This document shows positions 25,039 to 35,797 of a DNA stretch of 64,000 bases, in pieces. Origin of the DNA: a virus; the IMG/VR virus record IMGVR_UViG_3300020463_002440, positions 32,001 through 96,000 of that record; one strand, 5' to 3'. The notes below the pieces were generated by a model. It was not told where the DNA came from. It worked only from the letters and a program-made list of their open reading frames with translations, and made no database searches. Position 1 is the stretch's first letter, and every line of letters starts with the position of its first letter. The position numbers were made by a program, and so were the translations under genes.

Positions 25039-25713
25039 TTAGTTTCTCAAAGAACGAACGAATGTTTCAAACATTCTTGTTGCCGTTGCTTCATCAATAG
25101 TTTTTACTACTGTTCTATATTGCTTCTCTACAGTTTCTTGGATTTGTTCAACAACCTGAGTTGCTTTCCAATTACCAGAAGCTATATCGTAGTAATACTC
25201 TACGTTCTCCATGATTCCATTTACGAACGCGTTTGGTGCTGAAGGGTCAGTAACAATATCAACAGTAGAAAGGTGGAAATCCTTTTGCACTTCCATTACT
25301 CCATCTCTACCTGCCTTGACCGAACCAAGACCTCGAGTCGAAACTCCAATCTTTACTCCTTCGTCTAATAGGCTTTTAACGATTTCCCCCATAGGTGTTG
25401 ATAAGATCTTTGCCTTACCATAAAAATCGTTTTCATCGCGTCTCATTTCAGTAATTAAATGTGAAACACGATCCCCATTGATCTGCGGACCATCGGGGTG
25501 ACCTAGTTCTCCAAGTGCACGTTTAGTATCAATAAATTCTTTTTGATAACGAGCCATCTCGCTTTCTAACGTTTTACTTGGATAAATTCTTCCGTTGCGA
25601 TTCTTGATATCTCCTTGCATAAAGATACCTTCAATAAAGTAATTCTTTTTACCGTCTTCTTTAGCTTCGGTAATTACTTCGCAACCTTCTGTATATTCTG
25701 TTATTAAGTTCAT
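25039..25713 (-). CDS. gp21: Prohead protease (T4 gp21)
   Basis: IEGIFMQ....NRNGRIY, ALGELGHP, TPMG.IVK.L, GVS.RGLGS, D.V.DPSAPNAFV. Confidence 0.96.
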   Translation of the reverse strand: MNLITEYTEGCEVITEAKEDGKKNYFIEGIFMQGDIKNRNGRIYPSKTLESEMARYQKEFIDTKRALGELGHPDGPQINGDRVSHLITEMRRDENDFYGKAKILSTPMGEIVKSLLDEGVKIGVSTRGLGSVKAGRDGVMEVQKDFHLSTVDIVTDPSAPNAFVNGIMENVEYYYDIASGNWKATQVVEQIQETVEKQYRTVVKTIDEATATRMFETFVRSLRN

Positions 25714-25733
25714 ATGTTTTTCCTATTAAAACC

Positions 25734-25741
25734 TATTTATA
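25734..25741 (-). promoter_or_regulatory. T4 late promoter
   Basis: TATAAATA upstream of gp21. Confidence 0.8.
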
Positions 25742-26732
25742 AGTTTTCTTTAGCAAATGTAAGAATTTCATTATATCCTGCTTCATCAGTGGTCATAACA
25801 TTCCACATTTCTTTTGCATTTGTTTCGGTCAACTCTTCAAACATTTTGTTTAATAAATTTGCATCTTCTTCTGTTATTTCAACTGAAGATGTGTTATTCA
25901 ATTCAAACATTCCTGCTTCAATTGATTCGCCATATCCTGCCTTAGCAAATATCTTTGCAGCACCCATTGGACGACCGCTTACCATTTGCTCACCTTTGCT
26001 ATATGCATAAAGTGATTTAACATTCGAGAATACTTCTGCTAATTTGTTTTGCCACCATTCTTCAGGATCTACACCTTCTCCAAGGTATTCACCGATTTCC
26101 TGAGATGCATAACAAATAAACTCTAACTGTTTCATCATCATTGGAATTTCTTGTTGGGGACTCTCAAGAAGTTCTTCCTCTGTAGAAACTTTGCTTAACA
26201 TTTCTTTAAACGTTAGGCTTATTGTTTTACCATTTGAATCTTTTATAGTAACTTGACTTGGTTTAGGCTTTGCTACTTTAGGCTGTTTATCTAAAGTATC
26301 AGCCGCATCAGTATGGTCTGCTTCTTTCTTTTCTTTTTCTTCAGGTTTCTTTTCAGCAGCTACTAATTCGCCTTCTTCCATTGAGTCATCTTTCTTTTTC
26401 TTATTTTCAGTCTTCTTTTTATTGACTCCTAGAATTTCAGTAATAGATTTTTTAATCTCTACTTCTTCTTTAGCAACTTGTTTACCTGCACCTGCACGTT
26501 GAGGTAGCGTTTGTGCTACTTTATTTTTGTATGCTTTATCGTAATCAGCTTCATCGTTAACCTTGTCAGCTTGACGTTTACCGTCAACCATGCCAGGTAT
26601 TTCACCAGTAAAAACGTGATCAGGAGCAACAGGATGAGGTATCACCTCAATTGTATGCTGATCCTTAAAGCGCTTTTCTTCGGGAGCTTTTGGTTGGGCA
26701 ACTTCCGAAACTAGATCTTTAAAATTTTTCAT
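25737..26732 (-). CDS. Prohead core/internal protein (gp67/gp68 position)
   Basis: K/E-rich; PEEWWQNKLA motif; between portal and protease. Confidence 0.6.
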   Translation of the reverse strand: MKNFKDLVSEVAQPKAPEEKRFKDQHTIEVIPHPVAPDHVFTGEIPGMVDGKRQADKVNDEADYDKAYKNKVAQTLPQRAGAGKQVAKEEVEIKKSITEILGVNKKKTENKKKKDDSMEEGELVAAEKKPEEKEKKEADHTDAADTLDKQPKVAKPKPSQVTIKDSNGKTISLTFKEMLSKVSTEEELLESPQQEIPMMMKQLEFICYASQEIGEYLGEGVDPEEWWQNKLAEVFSNVKSLYAYSKGEQMVSGRPMGAAKIFAKAGYGESIEAGMFELNNTSSVEITEEDANLLNKMFEELTETNAKEMWNVMTTDEAGYNEILTFAKENL

Positions 26733-26763
26733 ATTTAGTCCCTAATGTTTAATTTATATTACC

Positions 26764-26771
26764 TATTTATA
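26764..26771 (-). promoter_or_regulatory. T4 late promoter
   Basis: TATAAATA. Confidence 0.8.
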
Positions 26772-28295
26772 TTAAAAAGGATTATCATCGTCTTCGTGAC
26801 CACCTTGCGCCTTTTCATCTGCAATCTGGTCTTCCATTGTTTGCTGATCTTCGTCAGACATTTGAAGAACATTACGTGTAATCCACTGATGAGAGAAATA
26901 CTTTCCAGTATAATCTGATATATCTCTGAGAGTATTCAATCGTTCTCTCAAAATTTCAGCTTCTTTCAATTCTTCAAAATAATTGTCTTTAACAAAATCA
27001 TATCTTAAATCGTTTCTAATTTCGTTAAACTCTTCAGGTGTTAATATACCTTTGAGTACTAACTGTTTTTCTAAAACGACATTAAACAAAAATGAAAAAC
27101 GAGTTCTAATTCTTCTAATAAATTTGCCAAACTTCAATTCATCTCTTGTTATCTCTGAAGTTCTACCAAAGGTTGCCATTGCTTCTGGCTCTAAACGAGT
27201 TAAAGGTACTTTCAACGCCTTATATAATTTACGTTGAAAATACTCTAAGTTTTCGTTTCCACTCAAACCTGGTGCATTACCACCAGCTAAAGTATCTACC
27301 TCTGTTGATCTTTCTCCACCTCTACGAGGGAACCAAAAATCTTCAGTCATTGTTAACATTTTTCTGGCATCGGTAATTTCACCTGTACCTGAATTATATT
27401 GTAATTTGTTTTTATGGCGAGCCATCATATCTCTAAGATATTGCTCTGCCTTATTCTTTGGCAAATTACCTACATCAATATAAAAAATCCTTCTTTCCGG
27501 TGCTCTTGTTAACGTGTATATAACAACAGCATCTTCCAACATACGAAGTTGATTTAACGCCTTCGTTGCTGGATGTAAATGAGATAATACCAAACTGTTA
27601 TTCTCATTCATCAAGCCTGAAGTTACTCTACCTATAGAGTCCTTCGCAATTTTTATTCCTGATGTACTTGTGGAGCCACCGGCTCCTGTACCTGCGTTCT
27701 GAAACCCAGTTTCAGAATACATATAATATTCATTCTTAACTTTCTTAACTGGTACGCCAGAATGTTTATCTTTCTGTTTCTTATCAACTTCTCGAATTAA
27801 CTTTAGTTTTCGAGGATCAACATATCTTAATTCAACTACACCTTTCTTTATGTCTTCAGGATCAATTATAATATGATAATTTAATCTTCCATCAACATAA
27901 AATTTTGAAAACATATCATATGCATTGTTTGTAAAATCAAATAATGCAAGTATACTATCAAATTCCTTAACAATTGTCTTCTTTACTTTATCAGGTAAAT
28001 CGGTTTCTCCTAATGAGATCTCAACCACCCTATCATCTGTATTAACACTAATTGCTTCGTTCACAATGTCATCGAGAGCCTGACTTATTTCAGGTTGCAT
28101 TGCCATGTGACGATATTTTGTAATAAGTTCAGATTCTGATTTAGCAGAACCTTCCATATCCAAAATTGTATTATAAAATCCACCAAGAGCATTACCAACG
28201 GTAATTGCTCCATCTTCATTAGAGGGTTCGGCGAAGGAGACCGGTAATGTGGTCTCTTCCTCTGCCCTCTTTATATCAAAGCCAAAAATTTTCAA
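26772..28295 (-). CDS. gp20: Portal protein (T4 gp20)
   Basis: IFGF, YVDGRL.YH, NQLRMLEDAVVIY...RAPERRIFYIDVGNLPK.KAEQY, EDFW.PRR.G...TEV.TL.GG, EITRDELKF. Confidence 0.97.
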   Translation of the reverse strand: MKIFGFDIKRAEEETTLPVSFAEPSNEDGAITVGNALGGFYNTILDMEGSAKSESELITKYRHMAMQPEISQALDDIVNEAISVNTDDRVVEISLGETDLPDKVKKTIVKEFDSILALFDFTNNAYDMFSKFYVDGRLNYHIIIDPEDIKKGVVELRYVDPRKLKLIREVDKKQKDKHSGVPVKKVKNEYYMYSETGFQNAGTGAGGSTSTSGIKIAKDSIGRVTSGLMNENNSLVLSHLHPATKALNQLRMLEDAVVIYTLTRAPERRIFYIDVGNLPKNKAEQYLRDMMARHKNKLQYNSGTGEITDARKMLTMTEDFWFPRRGGERSTEVDTLAGGNAPGLSGNENLEYFQRKLYKALKVPLTRLEPEAMATFGRTSEITRDELKFGKFIRRIRTRFSFLFNVVLEKQLVLKGILTPEEFNEIRNDLRYDFVKDNYFEELKEAEILRERLNTLRDISDYTGKYFSHQWITRNVLQMSDEDQQTMEDQIADEKAQGGHEDDDNPF

Positions 28296-28311
28296 AATAT
28301 CACCTATTTAA

Positions 28312-28845
28312 TTATGTAGTTGGAATACCGGTTGCGCCTTCAACTTTCCATAAGTCGTATTCAAAGGTACAACTAAATTCCTGAATTGCGTCATTAGTTG
28401 ACCAATCCATTGCGATCTGTCCCAAACTTGTTGGGAACAAACCTTCAAACACGTATGTTCTAATTGGATCACCACCTTTACTGTATTGAGTAATCAATGC
28501 GTTAGACTTATAGTCTCCAGGTAATGCACGTGTATTTGAATCATGCGAATTTAATGCATTCATCCACGCTTCCAACGAGTTACGTACTAAGAAATCCTCA
28601 TCATTAATGATAGTAACTTCCCATGATGCAAATGTTCTATCACCAGAATATTTAACCTGTCTTCCAAAATATGGAACCGTGAATGATGCAACATCCGACG
28701 CAGGTAACCCTGCTGTCTTAATCATAAACGGCGCCTTAAAATCAGCCGAAGGATCTACTGGGTTGAGAATTTGCACTTGGAAAAGGTTAGCACGAGCGCC
28801 GCCACCAACTAATTGGGACTTAAACTCATTTATATTAAATGCCAT
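28312..28845 (-). CDS. gp19: Tail tube protein (T4 gp19)
   Basis: GGAR.NLF.V, VPYFGR.VK..GDRTF..W..TIINDEDF.VR...E.W. Confidence 0.95.
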   Translation of the reverse strand: MAFNINEFKSQLVGGGARANLFQVQILNPVDPSADFKAPFMIKTAGLPASDVASFTVPYFGRQVKYSGDRTFASWEVTIINDEDFLVRNSLEAWMNALNSHDSNTRALPGDYKSNALITQYSKGGDPIRTYVFEGLFPTSLGQIAMDWSTNDAIQEFSCTFEYDLWKVEGATGIPTT

Positions 28846-28868
28846 TCTTATTCTCCTTTATTTAAAAA

Positions 28869-28876
28869 TATTTATA
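28869..28876 (-). promoter_or_regulatory. T4 late promoter
   Basis: TATAAATA upstream of gp19. Confidence 0.8.
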
Positions 28877-28879
28877 CTG

Positions 28880-30802
28880 TTAGAGCGATCCAACAATTTC
28901 TTCAAACTCAACCCCGCTTCTTGTAGCAACAAAGGTCAGTTCAATTACATTAATTGAACGCGCAGGCTTAATAAAGATATTAGCTCTGAACTTACTTTGA
29001 TCTACAATTGCTGGTGTATTAACTGTTTCATCAGAAACTACTCTGAAATCAATAATACCGCGTCTGCCTTGAATATCTCTCAAGAATGGTTCAACAATTC
29101 CTTTGAACTGAGCTTGAGTAAATTCATCGTTCATTTCAAATAAGAACGATTGAGCAGCATTTGCGATTGCTTTTTCAACTGATATAAACAGTCTTCTAAC
29201 ATTTATTCTATCAAATGCACTGTTCTGACCTAATCCAGTCTTATCACCAAATAGAACAATTCCTTGTCCTACTTGACTCATTACTGGGTTAACTTCAGAG
29301 CTGTATAGTTGATCTCTTTGAGTTTTGTTAGGATTAAAAGCAAGCTTTACTACATTCTTGATTACACCCTTACGGAAACCTGCTGGACTTTCAAAAGGTT
29401 CAACTCTTGAATTAAGACCTGCGATATCACCGTTGAGTGGAGTATATCTATATACATCGTTGTATCTGTCGTATCTATATTTGTAACCTGAATCCATTAC
29501 ATAGTATGAAGAACTAGGTAGTGCATTCTTATATGCGATTACATTTGCTAATTTAGTTTCAGTTTTGCTTTCGTCAACAACATCAGATTTAGCAGGCGAA
29601 ATAAACGCAATTGCGTCCTTTCTGAAATCTGCAATATTTGATATGAGGTATGTAGCAAGATTACCTGAATCATCACCTTTACCTTGTAGTATGAAAGAAA
29701 CATCAATTTCATTTGAACTCTTAAACAAATCGTATCCTGCAGCGAGATCTGCCAACGTTGCCGCTGATTCAGTTCTACCTGCTGTTCCACTTGCTAATGA
29801 TTCATATTCTTTTGTTTTACCTTCAAAATGAGCAGTGTTAGCAACTACAACCCAAGATGAATCTTGTTCTATAACTTCTTTATAGTAATTAGTTTTACCA
29901 TTTGCTAGTTTTGCGCTTGCTGATACTGATACATCGGTGTATGCTTCTAATAGAGTACCTGCAGTTCCACTTACCAATCCATCTTCATCAATAACGGCAA
30001 TATGATAGTTGCCTGCTTGAGGAGCTTTGCCAAATGATCCAGATAATCCCCATTTCTTTTCAATGGAAAGTTTATTTAAATCAGTTTCGGCAAGTCGGAA
30101 GTTTTGACCTAACGATACTGTATAGTGGTATGCTGTTGTTAATACTGTGTTAGCAGTAGGATCACCTGCGGCATCTCGAGCTTCTTCTGAAATTGAAGAT
30201 ACTGGGATCGTTTGGAATCCAACTGATTCGTTACCGATTACAAATAAATCGCCACTGGCGACATCTGCAACTGTAATTCTTTTTGCTGGTGCAACTTCAA
30301 AGTTAATTGAAGAAGCGTTAAAAGTAGTTGTTTGATTAGTGTTTTGCTCGACACTGTTTCCACTTATTCTTGTTGATGGAATGTCACCTACAACAATAAT
30401 GTCTTGAGCGAAGTTAGTATCTTTAACATATGCAACTTCTATTGAATTACCAAGATCTCCAGGATACTTAGCGTCAAATGAACCGAATGTATGTAATGCA
30501 CTGTTAGCATTAGTAGTATCGGATGCTGAAGCAGTAGTTGCGCCGTTATCGACACGAGCTACATACAAAGCATTTGCGTATGAAAGATAATCTGCTGCTA
30601 CAAAGAACGTTTCATAGTTATCGTTATCAGGTGTACTGAAACGGTTTACTAATTCATTCTCTGAAGAAACAAGTACTGCCTCGCCAACAGGACCCCATCT
30701 AAAAACACCAGCTACTGCTGCAGGCGGCGTTGCGATGGCAGGAACCGATGCTGATGCGTCCACCTCTCGAACAATTACGGAAGGACTTACGGAAAAAGCC
30801 AT
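28880..30802 (-). CDS. gp18: Tail sheath protein (T4 gp18)
   Basis: SP.V.VREVD, F.WGPV, YDRYND.YRY.PLNGDIAG, SPAG..KG, FGDKT, FDRINVRRLF, IKPARSIN.I.L.FVATR.GV.F.E. Confidence 0.97.
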   Translation of the reverse strand: MAFSVSPSVIVREVDASASVPAIATPPAAVAGVFRWGPVGEAVLVSSENELVNRFSTPDNDNYETFFVAADYLSYANALYVARVDNGATTASASDTTNANSALHTFGSFDAKYPGDLGNSIEVAYVKDTNFAQDIIVVGDIPSTRISGNSVEQNTNQTTTFNASSINFEVAPAKRITVADVASGDLFVIGNESVGFQTIPVSSISEEARDAAGDPTANTVLTTAYHYTVSLGQNFRLAETDLNKLSIEKKWGLSGSFGKAPQAGNYHIAVIDEDGLVSGTAGTLLEAYTDVSVSASAKLANGKTNYYKEVIEQDSSWVVVANTAHFEGKTKEYESLASGTAGRTESAATLADLAAGYDLFKSSNEIDVSFILQGKGDDSGNLATYLISNIADFRKDAIAFISPAKSDVVDESKTETKLANVIAYKNALPSSSYYVMDSGYKYRYDRYNDVYRYTPLNGDIAGLNSRVEPFESPAGFRKGVIKNVVKLAFNPNKTQRDQLYSSEVNPVMSQVGQGIVLFGDKTGLGQNSAFDRINVRRLFISVEKAIANAAQSFLFEMNDEFTQAQFKGIVEPFLRDIQGRRGIIDFRVVSDETVNTPAIVDQSKFRANIFIKPARSINVIELTFVATRSGVEFEEIVGSL

Positions 30803-30866
30803 ATTATTCTCCTTTAAATTATTATCTATTTAAAACCTATTTTTTAATTTATAGTTATCACAGTTT

Positions 30867-30874
30867 TATTTATA
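30867..30874 (-). promoter_or_regulatory. T4 late promoter
   Basis: TATAAATA upstream of gp18. Confidence 0.8.
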
Positions 30875-30881
30875 AAAATTT

Positions 30882-32507
30882 CTATATCTCAAAACTTCTT
30901 TGAGGATATTCTATCCAGCCTTGGTCATCGGCCATAGGATCCCCTGTATCAATAAAGCCAAAAGGTAGCAATTCTTCATCAAGCTGTTGTTCTGTTTTTT
31001 CTTTTAAAGCTGCTAATGTATTAATATCTGTAAGTTCTCTAAAGAACCTTTGGTCTGATAACCAAGCAAATAAAACCAAATTCATGGCGAGATCATCATG
31101 TGTTCCCGCTTCAGCCTCATAAGAATTACCCTTTTTACTAAATCGTGATAACTCCTGTATCGTATTATAATCTTGTATTATTAACTGATTTTGTTCAATT
31201 AATAACTTCAAAATAGAACAACCTTTAGATTTTACACTTTTTGTTGTTCGTATTCCATGATCTGCACGCTTCCCTCCAAAACCACTTGAAACTTGCTTGC
31301 CAGCTCGGCCTGCGTTTTCTGTGAAGAGAAGATTCTCATAGCCGTAGTCCATTAAGAGTACATCAGCGACTTGTTCCCCGATGTCATTTATCTCAATTAA
31401 GATAGCACTCTCATTATACATCAGCCCTATTCTATATATAACGGAGGCAAAGTCTACTGGACTTATAGTATTATCCTGAAAGCAACAAACTTGTTTATAC
31501 GGCATTTCTGTTACATCAAACATTGTAAAGGTTGAATAATCTAATCCTTTACCTCTTGATACATCAACCGTCATTACATACGAGTTTCCCGGCTCCACTT
31601 TTTCGTATTGTGTTACATTTTCACTTTCAGCTATTGGGCGTGAAGGAGCAAGTTCCTTTAATTTTGCTCCACTTATAAGAGTTCCTGAACTGCCTAAAAA
31701 TTGACAGCAGTACTCTTGATTAAATTTTTCTTGGTCAAAGTCTAATGCTTCTAATGTTTCATCTTTCCATTGGTCATCTCTACCAGGAACATCATACCAC
31801 ATAACCTCAACATATTCATATCCATTCGTTCCTTCTTTAGCACCCTTACATGTCTTCCAAAAGTGGTTTAAACCATTAGGAGTAGAAGTCATTAATAGTT
31901 TTGTACTTTTTCCTGATGAAATTGTTGGATAAACAGAAGCAAAGAATTCATCAAAGCCTTCAATAAATGCAACCTCATCAAGATATAGAAAAGATATAGA
32001 CTTACCACGAATGGCGCTTGATGTAGTTGTTCCTGCGTATATTTTACAACCATTCTCTAAAGTAATGTTACCTTTATTCCATTCCTCAATACCTTGCTGC
32101 ATCCATTTAGGTAATGCTTCGTAAGCTAATTGAATACGACTCAATACCTCTCTTGCGGCGTCTCCTTTGTTTGCTAATATCGCAACTGTTTTAAATTCAT
32201 TAAACAAGATGTAATGTAATATAACTGCAGATGCTGTTGTTGTTTTACCACTCTGTCTTGCAGTTAATACAGCAACACGTCTTGAATCTGTAATCTTTCT
32301 TGTGATATCTTTTTGATAATCATACATGTCCAAGTTAACTAAACCTTTGTCAACATGTACAATTTTAATATAGTTTTCGGCGAAGTATACAGGATCTTCC
32401 GCACACTTCATATATTCCTTTAACATTTCCGGAGTAAACTCTATCTGCTCTCCAATCTTTTTAAGATAAGAGTTGCCTAGATAGCCTTTATCCATCCTCA
32501 TTATCAC
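30882..32507 (-). CDS. gp17: Terminase large subunit (T4 gp17)
   Basis: ARQSGKTT Walker A, LDEVAF Walker B, STPNGLNHF, DVSRG.G.DYS, HDDL.M; true start probably MDKGYL (~32495). Confidence 0.97.
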   Translation of the reverse strand: MIMRMDKGYLGNSYLKKIGEQIEFTPEMLKEYMKCAEDPVYFAENYIKIVHVDKGLVNLDMYDYQKDITRKITDSRRVAVLTARQSGKTTTASAVILHYILFNEFKTVAILANKGDAAREVLSRIQLAYEALPKWMQQGIEEWNKGNITLENGCKIYAGTTTSSAIRGKSISFLYLDEVAFIEGFDEFFASVYPTISSGKSTKLLMTSTPNGLNHFWKTCKGAKEGTNGYEYVEVMWYDVPGRDDQWKDETLEALDFDQEKFNQEYCCQFLGSSGTLISGAKLKELAPSRPIAESENVTQYEKVEPGNSYVMTVDVSRGKGLDYSTFTMFDVTEMPYKQVCCFQDNTISPVDFASVIYRIGLMYNESAILIEINDIGEQVADVLLMDYGYENLLFTENAGRAGKQVSSGFGGKRADHGIRTTKSVKSKGCSILKLLIEQNQLIIQDYNTIQELSRFSKKGNSYEAEAGTHDDLAMNLVLFAWLSDQRFFRELTDINTLAALKEKTEQQLDEELLPFGFIDTGDPMADDQGWIEYPQRSFEI

Positions 32508-33030
32508 CTTTTATCATTTTTAATAAATCCGCAGTAGATACTATTAAGTTATTATTTGTAACATTAGTATTCTTATCAGCTGAAGGATCTTCTTCTTTAG
32601 TAAATCTTTTCTTTGTCGACATTTCAACATAATCTTTGTTTGCATCAAGTAATGTTTTCATTAGTGTAGATACAACTTCAAATGCTCTAGGTGATTCCGA
32701 TTGTTTCGCAATTTCTGTCATTTCTTTTACGGCATCATCGCCAAGCTGAATTATATTTTCAATGTTTGCTTTTGCTAATTCAATATCTTTTAAATTTTCT
32801 TCAGCAGTTTTAGTAATTGGTACAGGCATTTGAGCTACACTTTCTTGCGGCAGATTCTTTACATCGTCTACACTTTCTACAAGTTCAACATCTTGATTTG
32901 TTGAAAAGGAATTAATTGGAATATCAGGCAATTTTTCTGGATTTAATCTATCTAGTGCTTCTTGCTTTTCTTTTTCAGCATCTTCTAATGATCTCATATT
33001 AAGTGCCTGTGCTATTTTATCATCCTTCAT
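32488..33030 (-). CDS. gp16: Terminase small subunit (T4 gp16)
   Basis: A..SESPRAFEV...L.KTL.D.N, TNNNL.V.T.DL.K; start moved to MKDDK because the longer ORF overlaps the next gene. Confidence 0.9.
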   Translation of the reverse strand: MKDDKIAQALNMRSLEDAEKEKQEALDRLNPEKLPDIPINSFSTNQDVELVESVDDVKNLPQESVAQMPVPITKTAEENLKDIELAKANIENIIQLGDDAVKEMTEIAKQSESPRAFEVVSTLMKTLLDANKDYVEMSTKKRFTKEEDPSADKNTNVTNNNLIVSTADLLKMIKGDNEDG

Positions 33031-33034
33031 AATA

Positions 33035-33457
33035 CTATTTATCCTTATTTGTCCAGGCGCAACTCTTTCGTAAACCTGATGTACTAAAACGATGATCTCT
33101 TTTATTAAAAAACAATTCAACGTCTCTTTTACGACAAATATCTTTTCCGGTAAATTCTTTATCTCTATATTCTTCACCTAAAATACGAACATGAATTGTA
33201 TATAATTCTAATATATCTTCAAGATCTCTTTCAGTTGAATATGGAATGATTTCATCAACATAACTTACAGCTTTAAGTTGAGTGTATCTTTCAACAATAG
33301 TTTGGATAGGATAATTTTTTTCTTTAGGTCGGTCAGTGGCAGGATTCATTTGTAATCCTACAATTAAATAATCACATTGTTCTTTTGCATCTCTCAGCAT
33401 TTGAACATGTCCAGCATGAAGTAGGTCAAAGCTACTACAAGTAAATCCAATTTTCAT
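33035..33457 (-). CDS. Cytidylyltransferase (TagD/glycerol-3-phosphate type)
   Basis: GFTCSSFDLLHAGHV.ML (HxGH), DYLIVGL, VDEIIPY, R.H.FSTS.LR. Confidence 0.88.
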   Translation of the reverse strand: MKIGFTCSSFDLLHAGHVQMLRDAKEQCDYLIVGLQMNPATDRPKEKNYPIQTIVERYTQLKAVSYVDEIIPYSTERDLEDILELYTIHVRILGEEYRDKEFTGKDICRKRDVELFFNKRDHRFSTSGLRKSCAWTNKDK

Positions 33458-33471
33458 AATATTCTTCCTTC

Positions 33472-34329
33472 TTAACTAGGTTCGGTATCAGAGATCTGCT
33501 CGATAAAGTCCCAGTTGTCATCAAATTCAATTAAGCTATAATCAACAGTTTGTGTTATATCTGAAGTCGCAACATTATTTGCTGTCGACCCAGGTTGCAT
33601 TGTTTGAAATTCTTCAAACGTTGTATTCGCAAGATCAGTACTTGCGTAACGAACATCAATAAATTTAATTGTGTTCTTATCCTTTTCAGGTCCGAAGAAC
33701 CAACCTTTCATTGTAAAGTTTAATGTATATAATATACTTCTTCTTGTTGTAAAGGCATCTTCGTAAATATCTTCTGATGCAACATCATTTAAAATTAATG
33801 GTATATCAATCGGTTCTAATCCAGTTATTAAATTTACAGTACTTGTAAAATCTGGATTAAAGAATGGTAAAATTTGTTCTAATACTTTAACAGCATCTTC
33901 ATTATATTTTGCCATAATGTATAAACTGAATCCCATATTATATGGAGTACCTGAATAGACAAATCTTCTTCCACCATTTGCTTGATCTACGGTAGTCTTT
34001 CTTAATTTTCTTGTTGGTGCAACTTTTCTTTCTGCATCATATGTAAAACTTGTTAACTCAAAAGACATACGAGGTAATGTAATTCCGTATGGTTGTCCTG
34101 CGATCGGTTGTCCTCGTGCATCTGTTGTTGCACCACCTTGTAATGCAGGATCTTGGTCAAGACGAACTAATATCTTTTGATAAGGAGCATATGATATAGG
34201 TACAATCTGTCTCTGATTTAAAGTACCATCAGTGCTTGTTCTTCTAACTTCAACCTGATTAAAATATGTACCAAATAAGGCAACATATTTACGAATCGTA
34301 GAATTGTAAAAATAATTTGCTATTGCCAT
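33472..34329 (-). CDS. gp15: Tail sheath stabiliser/terminator (T4 gp15)
   Basis: YFY..TIRK.V..FGT.FN, VPI.Y.P..K, LPRM.FE, EQILPFF.P. Confidence 0.94.
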   Translation of the reverse strand: MAIANYFYNSTIRKYVALFGTYFNQVEVRRTSTDGTLNQRQIVPISYAPYQKILVRLDQDPALQGGATTDARGQPIAGQPYGITLPRMSFELTSFTYDAERKVAPTRKLRKTTVDQANGGRRFVYSGTPYNMGFSLYIMAKYNEDAVKVLEQILPFFNPDFTSTVNLITGLEPIDIPLILNDVASEDIYEDAFTTRRSILYTLNFTMKGWFFGPEKDKNTIKFIDVRYASTDLANTTFEEFQTMQPGSTANNVATSDITQTVDYSLIEFDDNWDFIEQISDTEPS

Positions 34330-35018
34330 TAGTTATCACTTATTTGTATATTTTCACTAAATGGATCTACTTCTGAGAAATCTAATATACTATCGCCTTC
34401 AACTTCAAAGTCAAGGTTACGAGCAAGATCATCAGTTGTTGAGATTGCATTTAGTGTTGCGTTATTTGCGTCAACAATAATATCAGTATTGTAAGCAGCA
34501 AAGTAATCGTCAATGTTAGAACGACCTGTATTAAATCTTTGATTACTGTATTCTATTAATTCACATACCATATCATAGACTTGTGTTTGTCCCATTTGAT
34601 AGAATATGCTTTCATGTTCGACATTCTTAATTTCAAAAATCTTTTCATTAAGTGGGAAGTAAATTAAATCACCTTCTCTTGGACGAATAAGATCAACAAC
34701 TTCTCGAGTCACATGTCTTTCAAAAGTTCTATTAGCAACTGTAAGTGTTAATTGATCTCTTATTTGTAATCCAAACTTAGATAAGAAATCGCCTTCTCCT
34801 TCAAAGCCTTCCATATTTTTAACATAAGCTTCAAATTCAAAAGTTTCGTTGTACTCTGGGAAATCATCTTCGTTGAAAATTTTGTCACGGCCTTTGATTG
34901 CTCTACTGATGTAAATGACATCAACACCGTATTGCTTGATGGATTCAATAACTAAATCATCAATTAAGGTTTGCTCTGATATTCTAGCGTAATTATTAAA
35001 AAATACATTAGTTGCCAT
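34329..35018 (-). CDS. gp14: Neck protein (T4 gp14)
   Basis: EQ.LI.DLV.ESI..YG.DV.YI.R, GF.G.GD.LSKFG, RP.EGDLIYFP. Confidence 0.94.
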   Translation of the reverse strand: MATNVFFNNYARISEQTLIDDLVIESIKQYGVDVIYISRAIKGRDKIFNEDDFPEYNETFEFEAYVKNMEGFEGEGDFLSKFGLQIRDQLTLTVANRTFERHVTREVVDLIRPREGDLIYFPLNEKIFEIKNVEHESIFYQMGQTQVYDMVCELIEYSNQRFNTGRSNIDDYFAAYNTDIIVDANNATLNAISTTDDLARNLDFEVEGDSILDFSEVDPFSENIQISDN

Positions 35019-35021
35019 GCT

Positions 35022-35765
35022 CTACCCAATATAATTGTATGATAGAGGTTGTAATTCGTTGACGGCTTCTTCTTCCATTAATTTTCTTTCCTCACGACCG
35101 TCTGCTAAAATTTGTTCCCCATTAAATGATACTCCTCCAACTAATTGCATTCCACTAAACTTGGTTAAGTTTGATCCCCACTGTTCTTTGATTAAAGCAG
35201 AGGTATAATTTTGTAACCAACGATCTGACCACACATCAGAATATGTTGAAGCATCTATTACATCATAAGCTTCAATAATAATATATTCACCTGGCACTAA
35301 CAAGTCTTTGTCCATGTCTATGAATAATTTATTTACGTGTTTATTATATCTTATTCTTGGTTTGCCTACAAGCATTTCAGATAAAAATTCCATGTGAGAC
35401 ATTGCCATATAATAGTTTGTGATATTATATCCAGTGATATCTTCAAGATTATTTAAAACAAACTGGTATTGTACATTAAAGATACCTGAACCAGTTGAAA
35501 TACTTGACTGCATATTAAAGATGCCTGAAATACCAAGCAATCCTGATGGTAAGTCAATGTATCCGTTGTCTTTGTCGGCTTGAGTTAATTGATGTTTTAA
35601 GTATACTAATTGACTTCCGTTATAATGATAGTCTCTCCAATAATCTATTGCTTCATCAATACGATCATCAATTTGCTCATCAGAAACATTAATGTCAATG
35701 ACAGGCGCACCAAGCTTTCTTAAAACCCAGTCTTTAAATTCGTTTCTTGTTGTTGGTTGTGCCAT
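35022..35765 (-). CDS. gp13: Neck protein (T4 gp13)
   Basis: LRKLGAPVI.INV..EQI.DRID.A, WL..Y..ALIK.QWG.NL.KF.G.QL.GGV..NG. Confidence 0.94.
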   Translation of the reverse strand: MAQPTTRNEFKDWVLRKLGAPVIDINVSDEQIDDRIDEAIDYWRDYHYNGSQLVYLKHQLTQADKDNGYIDLPSGLLGISGIFNMQSSISTGSGIFNVQYQFVLNNLEDITGYNITNYYMAMSHMEFLSEMLVGKPRIRYNKHVNKLFIDMDKDLLVPGEYIIIEAYDVIDASTYSDVWSDRWLQNYTSALIKEQWGSNLTKFSGMQLVGGVSFNGEQILADGREERKLMEEEAVNELQPLSYNYIG

Positions 35766-35787
35766 TTAGTTTACTCTATAATTTTAT

Positions 35788-35795
35788 TATTTATA
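35788..35795 (-). promoter_or_regulatory. T4 late promoter
   Basis: TATAAATA upstream of gp13. Confidence 0.8.
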
Positions 35796-35797
35796 TG

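Noticed and set aside
33031-33177. N-terminal extension of gp16 given in the ORF track
   Set aside because: It overlaps the cytidylyltransferase gene by about 140 nt; MKDDK at 33030 is the more plausible start.
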